Assembly (NCBI GenBank): GCA_965657355.1
Contig: CBFHOE010000003.1
Coordinates: forward strand, 309,520 to 373,519
Reading direction: 5' to 3'
DNA length: 64,000 nt
Source: Limisphaerales bacterium
Lineage (GTDB): Bacteria; Verrucomicrobiota; Verrucomicrobiia; Limisphaerales; JAJOIW01
The notes under the pieces are model-generated. The model saw only the letters and a program-made list of their open reading frames with translations, was not told the DNA's origin and ran no database searches. The position numbers and the translations under genes are program-made. Of the stretch, positions 10,272 to 18,944 are shown one piece after another; position 1 is the stretch's first letter; each line of letters opens with the position of its first letter.

Positions 10272-10647
10272 TAATGAGGATGACCCGTCTGGTTTAACCT
10301 TGGTGGCATATAAGCTATTCTCTAAAACATCTATGGATGTCATTACCCAATTATTATTCGGGATTACCAATGTCGCTTTTTAATTTTTGTTCCTGCATTG
10401 TTCTTCTTTCCACGGGCACATCCCGATGGCTTTCAAGAAATTACGTCAAAATTTCCCGCTTCGGATGACCAACCCATTAGTGAAATAACGGATGCCCTTT
10501 CGGATGGCTTTTCCATGGTGCTTTCTGGCATATTCTCCGCTAAATCTTTTCTTTTTGTGGTTTTGAGAGGGGCCCGTTTGAATAAAATAACCAGGCTATT
10601 TCCCTGATGTTTTCTCCTAATAAGACTTATCTTGCCTTCCATTTCAC

Positions 10648-10752
10648 TCACTTATTTGGATATCTCATTTTACGCTTTCTTGGCGCCAGACGACGCTTCT
10701 GTCCAGGAACTCCAACGGTAATTTGCAGTTCTTTAACGATCCCTGCTCGCAT
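10648..10752 (-). CDS. Small basic protein (34 aa, MRAGIVKELQITVGVPGQKRRLAPRKRKMRYPNK), not in the ORF track
   Basis: Clean ATG-to-TGA ORF with a very K/R-rich C-terminal half, divergent from rpmB. Confidence 0.4.
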   Translation of the reverse strand: MRAGIVKELQITVGVPGQKRRLAPRKRKMRYPNK

Positions 10753-11149
10753 AGAAGTAATCTCAAATTAAATAAATATATTCATCAATGCCCTACCTTT
10801 GCTGGCCACATATACATCCCTGAACCGGTTCTCCCAGGGTATTCCCGATCGCTTCATTGGTGCTATATACCAATCGGTGAAAAATTCCTCAGCTTGCATC
10901 GGGTTGTGAAAGTAAGCCTGTTCCTGATCTTCAAAAATAATTCTCCATTCACCACGCGGCCCGCCTGAAGAACAACCCGGCCCCAAAACTTAAATATCCG
11001 ACTAGATCTGGGGGAGCTCATAACATTCAGAAAATAGAAATGTTAATAATTTTGTTTCAAACACCAGTTTATATAAAAAAAATTAAAATCGGCTTGCAAG
11101 TCAATGGTTCAGCTGTTTTACTTCTTGCCCTTTTAAATTGGGAATCATT

Positions 11150-11413
11150 ATGGCACGAATTTGTCCATTAACCGGTAAGAGGCCTGTAAAAGGTCGTAGT
11201 ATAGTTCGCAGCGGTAAAGCGAAAAAAGAAGGTGGTATAGGCACGCACGTTGTTAAATCGACGAAGCGCAAGTGGTATCCGAACCTGCAGCGTGTGAAAT
11301 GTGTCATCGACGGCGAGGTGCGGTATGTTCGCGTAGCAGCGAGTGCTATCAAAAAGGGGCTAGTGGTAAAGCCGCCAAAACGAACCTGGAAGCCAAAATC
11401 AGAACGCGACTAA
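11150..11413 (+). CDS. rpmB: 50S ribosomal protein L28
   Basis: MARICPLTGKRP.KG...KRKWYPNLQ...VRVAASAIK. Confidence 0.95.
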   Translation: MARICPLTGKRPVKGRSIVRSGKAKKEGGIGTHVVKSTKRKWYPNLQRVKCVIDGEVRYVRVAASAIKKGLVVKPPKRTWKPKSERD

Positions 11414-11454
11414 AATCGAGTCCCACTTCAAAAAGCTGAATAATTTAATTTCTG

Positions 11455-11488
11455 AGAGCCCCTAGAGTCCCTAGGGGCTTTTATTTTT
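11455..11488 (+). terminator. Rho-independent terminator after rpmB
   Basis: AGAGCCCCTAG-agtcc-CTAGGGGCTTT followed by TATTTTT. Confidence 0.85.
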
Positions 11489-11534
11489 GTCAGCACTGTG
11501 ATACTTTTACCAAGGTCTGCGAATATGAAATGGA

Positions 11535-12350
11535 GTGAAAAAGGAGGGCCTTCTCGAAATGTTTAGCCCGTGGAAGTTATTCATCCCAGCTCTGGTTATT
11601 CTGAGTTGGGGCCCACTCTCTGGGTGTTATCGTGAATCCGAAATTCGCATTTCCACTCCTATGACCGAGTCTGCCGAATTCGTAGGCAATTCGAGTTGTG
11701 AAACTTGTCATCAGCGTTATATCGATGAATTTGGCTCGAGCCCACACGGACAATTTCACAACGAAAATGATTTGGTTGGGAAGTCCGGAGAGACTGGCTG
11801 TGAAAGCTGCCACGGTCCTGGAAGTCTTCACGTGGCTTCTGGTGGTAATAAAAAGGGTTTGATTGTCAACCCAGGAAAAAACCCTGAGTCGTGCTTGCAA
11901 TGTCATATCTCGCAGCATGCTCAGTTTAGGTTTCCTTACCGGCATCCTGTCATTGAAGGGCGGATGAATTGCGTGGATTGCCACGATCCCCATGGCCAAA
12001 ACATTTTTAGACCGGCGGGCGGGCTCATTAGCAAAACTTCAAGGCAGTTCTGTGGGGAGTGTCATCCGGCACAATCGCACGCATTTGTCTTCGAGCATGC
12101 AGCGATGACAGATGGATGCCAATCATGCCACGAACCGCACGGATCTCCTAACCGGAAGATGTTAACGACACCTGGTCCTAATTTGTGTTTGAAATGTCAT
12201 GCACAAGTTGTCGGGCCGTCTATTGCGCCAGGAAATTTAATCATAGGTGCCATTGACCACAGTAATTTCGTGAGTCAGGGAACTTGTTGGAGCTCAGGCT
12301 GCCACACAGCGGTTCACGGATCGAATGTTCAACCGACACTTCTTTATTAG
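11535..12350 (+). CDS. MtrA/DmsE/PioA-like periplasmic multiheme cytochrome c (8 putative hemes)
   Basis: Seven CxxCH motifs plus a terminal CWSSGCH. Family-typical segments 'GCESCHGPGS.H', 'HPV.EG.M.C.DCH.PHG', 'CH..VHGSN'. Possible lipobox LSGC. Confidence 0.85.
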   Translation: MKKEGLLEMFSPWKLFIPALVILSWGPLSGCYRESEIRISTPMTESAEFVGNSSCETCHQRYIDEFGSSPHGQFHNENDLVGKSGETGCESCHGPGSLHVASGGNKKGLIVNPGKNPESCLQCHISQHAQFRFPYRHPVIEGRMNCVDCHDPHGQNIFRPAGGLISKTSRQFCGECHPAQSHAFVFEHAAMTDGCQSCHEPHGSPNRKMLTTPGPNLCLKCHAQVVGPSIAPGNLIIGAIDHSNFVSQGTCWSSGCHTAVHGSNVQPTLLY

Positions 12351-12379
12351 TGGCTCAACCAAGAGAGATCAATAAGCCC

Positions 12380-14812
12380 ATGTATCCGATTTGGAAAATA
12401 GTTTCTTTTTGGTCCTTGTTTCTCCTCCTTTCCTTCAAGGGGCTTGTTTACGGTGAAGATTTAGATTGGTCCGAGGGAGTAAATCTAAAAGCGATTCCTG
12501 AGGCTATAGGTCGAAAGGTGGATTTTAAGTCCGAGGTCTGGCCCATATTAGATAGGCATTGCATAAAGTGCCACGGTTCCTCGAAACCTCAATCAGGTTA
12601 TCGGATGACGAGCCGAGAACTCGCCATTGAATCGGGAGACTACGGTGGAAATATCATCGTTGGTGATGGGTTTAGAAGTCCGTTAATTCACTTTGTGGCC
12701 TACGCTATTGAAGATTGGGAGATGCCTCCGATTGACGACAGAGAGGGAAACAAAAAACTTAGCTTGAAGGAGATATCCATTTTGCGTGCGTGGATAGATC
12801 AAGGAGTTGAATGGGAAGAGGTATCACCTCAAGTTGTCAGTGCCAATGTAAAGTCTACCGCCAGAATTTGGTGGGTAGAGGGCAATAAGAATCAGTTTCG
12901 GCAGCTTCAGGGATATAGGGAGGATGATGGTGCTGGGCTGACCTCATTCTCTCTTAACAACCCGGTAAAAGACGGTGCTGAGTGGTATTTAAACGGATCT
13001 GTATGGGATCGTCCTGACGAATACAAACTTTCTATTGGATATGACCAGCCATCGGGTATTTGGTTCGAAAGTGGAATAGAACAATGGAAATCATTTGATA
13101 CTGCGACCGGTGGGTATTGGAGTCAATTTTCAAACCCAGCGCCAGTGCTTCCTGGAATCATAGCCCAGACGCACAAGGATTTTTATTTCAAGTGGGGCAT
13201 TCAAAGTGATGATGGTCCCAGTCTTTCTGTCTCTTACAACATTGCCTCTGTGGATGGACAGAAGTCACTCACATCATTTGGCCCTGTAGCTCAAATGATA
13301 GGCTCTAATTATACCTTGCGATCAATAAGGCCTGCGACCAAAGACCGGGATAATCAAGTGCATCGTTTGGACATACTTCTTAAATCCAGCGAGGACACGA
13401 ATCTTTATTGGGAGGATCAAGCCACGATCGTATGGCAATCTCTTGATGAGACCAGAAGTGAGTATGCTTCATTCGGGGCTGGAGTGCCTAGTCCTGAAGA
13501 AAGGGTAGACCGCAGAGACACCTGGGATTCTTTACGTGGTTCCAATTCCATTCGAATGCTCAAAAAACTCGATGATATGTGGCAACTTTCTTTGGGGCAT
13601 TCTTTCGCCCTCATGGAGGGTGAATCAGTTTTTGCTGAGAATTTCATAGGGCTAAGCTCTCCCTTTTCTTTTCAGGGGCCTGTGGGACAAGGGATTATTT
13701 TGAACCAGCATAGCCAAATGGGGAACGTTAACCTAAGCAGTGGACCGTGGTTTGGTGCCGTGAATTTCACATCCGGAATTCAGTTTGATTGGCTTACCCA
13801 AGATGGAGAAGGGCAAATTATACCTTTTCCTGGGGCTAATCCACAGACCTTGGATACAGGTTGGGATCAAACGCGATTTACAGAGTATTTAAGAGCAAAC
13901 TATACAGGGTTAAAGAAACAGACGATATACGTTGAAACGAGATTCCGCCAGATGGGGTATGATCAGAGTGAGTTACTCGAAACTGTCGTCAACCGAATGA
14001 CGGAAGCGGACCACCGGTACGGCCAGTATTCTGCTGGATGGCAGATGAGGCCGCATTCTAAATTAGGCATACATCTGAGAGGAAAGCTCTCTCACGAGAT
14101 AACGGAATTCAATCATCCATTGGATCAGGAATTTGGAGTTCAGGGTAATGGATATCCCGCCTTTTTGAGAGATCGTTATTCGGAAAGTATGGAGTTGGAT
14201 GCACGAATATCTTGGAGGCCTCACAGCCAGCTGCAATTTGAGAAAAATTACAAATGGGCTAAGACTGACTTTGAGACGACAACTGATGCGGCCAGAGATT
14301 TCAGCGGTTCGATTCTTTCCCCGGGGGGGAATATAGATTCTGCTGAATACGAGACTCATACGACGGGATTGACGATGACATGGACGCCTGCCCCTCGAGT
14401 TCACGGAACGGTTCATGGCAATGTTACTCGTTGGGATATGGCTAGCCAGGCCAATGGTTTTGCTGGTGTGTCACCTTTCAAGGGGTGGACATGGTGGGCC
14501 GGCACATATTGGTCTTACATTCTTAATACGAAGACGAATGTATTTTTCTCCGGGGATATAAACAGGGCTCATTTTTTTGATGGTGATAGTGGTTTTGCTT
14601 TTGCCCATGGACTGGATTATTTGTGGAAAAGGGCTCGGGCTGGAATACATCACAAATTGCGTCCTAACTTTAGTGCCTTTGCTGAATATTCATTTTCTAT
14701 CTGGGATCAGCCATCTTTTGGCGGATTCAATGACTTCGAAGCTCATGGGATCTTTATTGGATTTGACTGGGATCTTGAAGTGGAGAAAAAACAAAAAAAA
14801 TCGAAGAATTAG
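12380..14812 (+). CDS. MtrB/PioB-like outer-membrane beta-barrel with an N-terminal Planctomycete cytochrome C domain
   Basis: Signal peptide, then 'VDF..EVWPIL..HCIKCHG...MPP...L...I..LRAWIDQG' and ~650 aa of amphipathic, aromatic-rich strands. Directly downstream of the MtrA-like gene. Confidence 0.7.
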   Translation: MYPIWKIVSFWSLFLLLSFKGLVYGEDLDWSEGVNLKAIPEAIGRKVDFKSEVWPILDRHCIKCHGSSKPQSGYRMTSRELAIESGDYGGNIIVGDGFRSPLIHFVAYAIEDWEMPPIDDREGNKKLSLKEISILRAWIDQGVEWEEVSPQVVSANVKSTARIWWVEGNKNQFRQLQGYREDDGAGLTSFSLNNPVKDGAEWYLNGSVWDRPDEYKLSIGYDQPSGIWFESGIEQWKSFDTATGGYWSQFSNPAPVLPGIIAQTHKDFYFKWGIQSDDGPSLSVSYNIASVDGQKSLTSFGPVAQMIGSNYTLRSIRPATKDRDNQVHRLDILLKSSEDTNLYWEDQATIVWQSLDETRSEYASFGAGVPSPEERVDRRDTWDSLRGSNSIRMLKKLDDMWQLSLGHSFALMEGESVFAENFIGLSSPFSFQGPVGQGIILNQHSQMGNVNLSSGPWFGAVNFTSGIQFDWLTQDGEGQIIPFPGANPQTLDTGWDQTRFTEYLRANYTGLKKQTIYVETRFRQMGYDQSELLETVVNRMTEADHRYGQYSAGWQMRPHSKLGIHLRGKLSHEITEFNHPLDQEFGVQGNGYPAFLRDRYSESMELDARISWRPHSQLQFEKNYKWAKTDFETTTDAARDFSGSILSPGGNIDSAEYETHTTGLTMTWTPAPRVHGTVHGNVTRWDMASQANGFAGVSPFKGWTWWAGTYWSYILNTKTNVFFSGDINRAHFFDGDSGFAFAHGLDYLWKRARAGIHHKLRPNFSAFAEYSFSIWDQPSFGGFNDFEAHGIFIGFDWDLEVEKKQKKSKN

Positions 14813-14898
14813 CCTGCTAACTATTGACACACAATGTAGTGAGAGTGACTTTAGGCCAGGCTCTATCAAACATAGACCCCAATTATAAGCCAAATTTC

Positions 14899-15678
14899 AT
14901 GAATAAAATTAAGGACCAACCATCGCGTCGTAACTTTATAAAAACCTTTGCATATGTGGCTGCTGCAGGGTGCGGTTTGAAGAAACTTTGTGGGAACTCA
15001 GCCATAGGCGCGCTACTACCTGAGCCTGCTACTGGTGCTGGTTATATCCACCTCAAGACCCAAGATTTTCCAGAGATGAAAACCAATGGGCAAACCTTGA
15101 GATTGGGATTCACAGCAATTTCCGGAGGAGGGAGCCAACGCCGCCCGGTGAATACGACTTTTTTTCCATTACTTATCACGCGCAATGGTCCTGGTGATTA
15201 TTTTGTGGTTGATTCCAATTGTACACACGCTAGTTGGATGGTTCAGCAATCCGGAACTCGACTACGCTGTCCTGTCCACGGTTCGCAGTGGCAATTGGAT
15301 GGAACCCGGATTAGTGGTCCGGCTTCCGCTCCTTTGAAAAAGTATGACTTCGTATGGCAGCCTACTGGCGAGGGATCCGAAGGCACTCTTTCTATAGAAG
15401 TTCCCAAACTTGGATACTCCATAGAATTACAGCCAGTTGAAGAGGGCGAATTTCTTGAATTTAAGTTTTTGGCCAGGCGCGCGATCAAATATCAAATCCT
15501 GTTTCGTGAATCGTTCTCGGAAAGCTGGCAAGTTGTCGAGCACGCCCAAACAAAGGGTCAGGAGCCAAATCAAACTCAGTTTGTTAAAAATGATTTCGAC
15601 TCATTTGTGAATATCTGGGTGAAAAAACCAAATGCCCAGGGGTTTTTTGGTATCAACAATATTGTTGAAAAAGTTTGA
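14899..15678 (+). CDS. Tat-exported Rieske [2Fe-2S] protein
   Basis: Tat motif SRRNFIK; CTH...CPVHGS.W..DG....GPA..PL. Confidence 0.85.
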   Translation: MNKIKDQPSRRNFIKTFAYVAAAGCGLKKLCGNSAIGALLPEPATGAGYIHLKTQDFPEMKTNGQTLRLGFTAISGGGSQRRPVNTTFFPLLITRNGPGDYFVVDSNCTHASWMVQQSGTRLRCPVHGSQWQLDGTRISGPASAPLKKYDFVWQPTGEGSEGTLSIEVPKLGYSIELQPVEEGEFLEFKFLARRAIKYQILFRESFSESWQVVEHAQTKGQEPNQTQFVKNDFDSFVNIWVKKPNAQGFFGINNIVEKV

Positions 15679-15710
15679 TTAGAAGTTGACTCATTCCCTC
15701 TCCACTCGCG

Positions 15711-16376
15711 ATGGATATTTCAATAGCTGTTGCCACAGGTAACAAGCACAAGCTCCAAGAAATCGCTGTTATCTTAGGCCTGAGTCCTGAGTCGATTTAC
15801 TCATCGCATGATTTTGAAGGTTTTCTTGATCCTGTCGAGGATGGGGAGTCCTTTGCTGAAAACGCTACGATAAAAGCGAAAGCATTAGCTCAATTCATCC
15901 AATCACAACACCCGCACCATCCCTTCCTATGTGGTCCTGGATTGAAGTTAGTCATATCAGACGACAGCGGCCTCGAAGTGGATGCATTAGGTGGACGACC
16001 AGGTATTCATTCTGCACGATTCGCTTCAACTGAACTTGGTATTGAAGGTAATTCTCCTGATTCATCAAATAATGAGAAGTTACTGAGGCTTTTAAGCACA
16101 ACAGATCCTGATAAGAGGCAATCAAGATTTGTTTGTGTCATCGCTTGTCTGCCTCTAAATGCACCGGTGATGAATGTTCAGACGTTCCATGGGGATTGTC
16201 CTGGGCGTATTTCCAATACACCTTCAGGACTTCATGGTTTTGGATACGATCCGCTCTTCATTCCCGATGGATATGAAGAGTCGATGGCCGAATTGGGGGA
16301 GCATACGAAGTCAAAAATTAGTCACCGGTCAAGAGCCCTAGAGGGATTTAAAAAATACCTCCACTCCATTTTATAA
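15711..16376 (+). CDS. rdgB: Non-canonical purine NTP pyrophosphatase (RdgB/HAM1)
   Basis: ATGNKHKLQE, SDDSGLEVDAL.GRPGIHSAR, GFGYDPLF and KSKISHR. Confidence 0.93.
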   Translation: MDISIAVATGNKHKLQEIAVILGLSPESIYSSHDFEGFLDPVEDGESFAENATIKAKALAQFIQSQHPHHPFLCGPGLKLVISDDSGLEVDALGGRPGIHSARFASTELGIEGNSPDSSNNEKLLRLLSTTDPDKRQSRFVCVIACLPLNAPVMNVQTFHGDCPGRISNTPSGLHGFGYDPLFIPDGYEESMAELGEHTKSKISHRSRALEGFKKYLHSIL

Positions 16377-16566
16377 TTCGTTACCATTTGCCCGGCTTTT
16401 GGCCCCACAACTAAGCTATCGGGCACTTTTTCGCGGAGAAAACGTTCTCTCAATGAAAGGCTTAATAACTCCAATTAAACCATGGAAAAATGTTTCACTT
16501 CTTCGTTTTTCTGGTATTATTGGGAAAATGTCTCTTTCAAACGTTAGAGACCAACCTTTACTAACC

Positions 16567-18102
16567 ATGAAAAGACTTTTCTTATCAGCCACTTTCGCAA
16601 CCATCTGCGCAATGGGTTCTGTTCAGGCAGAGGTCAATTTTGCAAAGGATGTATTACCTATTCTACGAGATAATTGCATTAGCTGCCACGGAGCCAAAAA
16701 GAAGAAGGGCAGACTTCGCCTGGACACCGAGGCCTTTGCTCACAAAGACTCTCTAATCCCAGGCGACCTTGAGGGGTCTGAGTTATACCAACGAGTCATC
16801 CTACCTGCTGACGACGATGACATCATGCCTCCATTGGACGATGGCCGAAAGCCACTCAAAAAGGCAGAAATCGAAATTATTAAAAATTGGATTCAAGAAG
16901 GTGGCAAATACACCGGAGTTGACATAATCACTCCTGCTGCTGAAAAACCAGTAGAAGCTGCTGAAGTTGCGGACAAGATCGATTCATCTTTTGATTTTAA
17001 CCAAGACATCCGTCCTATACTCGACAGTCTTTCAGCTGATCAAAAAACAAAACTGATGGCTTGGATTGCCAAAGGTGCTGAGATGCCACAAGTTAAAGCA
17101 TCGGAACCTCAGTTGGTTGAGACAGAAGTTTCGGATGCGGAGAAGGCCGCCATAGCAAAACTCCAATCTGAAGGAGTTCTGGCTATGAAGGTTGCGCAAA
17201 ATGTCAATTGGGTACAGGCGAATTTCCGATTGGCTGGCGAAGCCGTCAAGGATGAAAACATAGCTGTTCTCAAAGATATTAAAAATCTGACAGATTTAGA
17301 TTTATCAAAGACAAGTGTTACTGATTCCGGCCTGGCTCATCTTAAGGATCTGACCAACATTACCCGCCTCAATCTTAACAACACTGCTATAACTGATGAG
17401 GGACTTAGTCACCTTGTTGGACTAAAGAATCTAACCTATCTCAATCTTTACGGCACAGCAGTGACTGACAAAGGTCTGGCTAAATTAAGTAAAATACAGA
17501 CGCTTAAAAAGCTTTACCTTTGGCAGACAAAAGTGACCGATTCAGGCGCAAACGCCCTCAAATCTGAACTCCCATGGATTTATATTAATCGAGGAATCGA
17601 ATTAGCAGCGCTTGCTCCAGAACCCAAGAAGGAAGAACCGAAAAAGGAGGCGGCACCTAAACAGGCAGCCAAGGCCCCAGTCGAAAAGAAAAAACCCGAG
17701 CCATCATCAAAGGCCAAAGGTCCTTCTATTTCTGACGTTATATTATTTTTAAGCCAGGCAGATGCGCCTCAGAAGGCTGCACCGAAAGCGAAAGCTGCGG
17801 TTGCCAAAAAGAAGGAGACTCAAAAGAGTGCTGAAGCCAAAGGCCCGTCTATTTCTGACGTTATATTGTTTTTGAGCCAGGCAGATGCGCCTCAGAAGGC
17901 TGCACCGAAAGCGAAAGCTGCGGTCGCCGAAAAGAAAGAGACTAAGAAGAGCGCTGAGGCAAAAGCTCCCTCTATCTCCGACATTATTCTCTTTTTGAGT
18001 AAATCTGAAGTAGCCAAGGACAAGGCTGTTTCGGCAAAGAAAAAAGTAAAAACGAAGCCAACTGGCTTGACAATAGCCGAAGTCGTTCTGAGCCTGAACT
18101 AA
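16567..18102 (+). CDS. Secreted Planctomycete cytochrome C + leucine-rich-repeat protein with a repetitive Lys/Ala-rich tail
   Basis: Signal peptide, CISCHG...MPP...WIQEG domain, LRRs (L..L..L.L..T.VTD.GL..L) and C-terminal 41-aa repeats. Confidence 0.85.
   Translation: MKRLFLSATFATICAMGSVQAEVNFAKDVLPILRDNCISCHGAKKKKGRLRLDTEAFAHKDSLIPGDLEGSELYQRVILPADDDDIMPPLDDGRKPLKKAEIEIIKNWIQEGGKYTGVDIITPAAEKPVEAAEVADKIDSSFDFNQDIRPILDSLSADQKTKLMAWIAKGAEMPQVKASEPQLVETEVSDAEKAAIAKLQSEGVLAMKVAQNVNWVQANFRLAGEAVKDENIAVLKDIKNLTDLDLSKTSVTDSGLAHLKDLTNITRLNLNNTAITDEGLSHLVGLKNLTYLNLYGTAVTDKGLAKLSKIQTLKKLYLWQTKVTDSGANALKSELPWIYINRGIELAALAPEPKKEEPKKEAAPKQAAKAPVEKKKPEPSSKAKGPSISDVILFLSQADAPQKAAPKAKAAVAKKKETQKSAEAKGPSISDVILFLSQADAPQKAAPKAKAAVAEKKETKKSAEAKAPSISDIILFLSKSEVAKDKAVSAKKKVKTKPTGLTIAEVVLSLN
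17710..18010 (+). repeat. 123-bp (41-aa) coding tandem repeat, ~2.4 copies plus a degenerate terminal copy
   Basis: 'TCTAT(T/C)TC(T/C)GAC' recurs at 17725, 17848 and 17971; unit GPSISDVILFLSQADAPQKAAPKAKAAVAxKKETxKSAEAK. Confidence 0.9.
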
Positions 18103-18155
18103 TTGTTGAAAGTTCAAGCTAAATTGATACATTTTTCAATAATAACCAAAATCCT

Positions 18156-18785
18156 ATGAAGATAATCAAAACACTTCTCTCAATCATTGTATTGGCAACA
18201 GTGACTTCGTCATATGCTGCTTCCAACGAAAAATGCCCGATCTCCGGAAGACCGGTGAATGCTGAAGTCTCTGAAAACATCAATGGCAAAGATGTTGGAT
18301 TCTGCTGCAAGAATTGTAAAAAGGACTTCACTTCTAAGTTGAACCTCCAGGACAAAGAGGGACCAGGAAAATGCCCGATTTCAGGAAAGCTAGCTTCTCT
18401 AGATAATCAAATTCTCCATGTAAAAACTGAAGCTGTTCAGTTTTGTTGTAACAACTGTCAGGCAAAATATGCCAAAGAAAACAAATTAGCCATCAAGGAC
18501 GGCAAACCTGGCAAATGTCCAATGTCTGGTCAGCCTGCCAAAGCGGACAAAATGGTTATTCACAACGGCGAGAAAGTATTCTTTTGCTGTAACAACTGCA
18601 AAGGAAAATATGTTGCGAAGGTCGCTACAGTGAAAAATGAAGGGCCTGTCAAATGCCCTCTTTCAGGAAAGGAAACCAATCCTGAAACCATGATGCTTGT
18701 TACCAAGACCTCTAAAGTCAATTTCTGCTGTCCAAATTGTCCTAAGGCATACACCAAAAAACACTTCGCCAAAGCCGGCAAGTAA
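18156..18785 (+). CDS. Secreted Cys-rich protein with four YHS/TRASH-like repeats
   Basis: Signal peptide and 4x CPxSG...FCCxNC (16 Cys). Confidence 0.75.
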   Translation: MKIIKTLLSIIVLATVTSSYAASNEKCPISGRPVNAEVSENINGKDVGFCCKNCKKDFTSKLNLQDKEGPGKCPISGKLASLDNQILHVKTEAVQFCCNNCQAKYAKENKLAIKDGKPGKCPMSGQPAKADKMVIHNGEKVFFCCNNCKGKYVAKVATVKNEGPVKCPLSGKETNPETMMLVTKTSKVNFCCPNCPKAYTKKHFAKAGK

Positions 18786-18808
18786 AGGAATTCTCAATTA
18801 GCTTTCAC

Positions 18809-18844
18809 AAAGCCCTGCCTATCCAGCAGGGCTTTTTTATTTTT
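18809..18844 (+). terminator. Rho-independent terminator
   Basis: AAAGCCCTGC-ctatcca-GCAGGGCTTT followed by a T tract. Confidence 0.85.
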
Positions 18845-18944
18845 AACTGGAATTTATAAACCGGATTGGCCAACCAAATCCTGATAAATAAATAAATTTT
18901 GGTGTATTTGATGGTTGGAACTGATAAAAAGAGCTTTAAATCCC

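Noticed and set aside
10272..10990. Short ORFs of 61-81 aa between the DksA-like gene and rpmB
   Set aside because: Conflicting strands and no motifs; none can be supported.
17710..18010. Tandem repeat as a CRISPR array
   Set aside because: In-frame coding repeat with no unique spacers, and no cas genes in the window.
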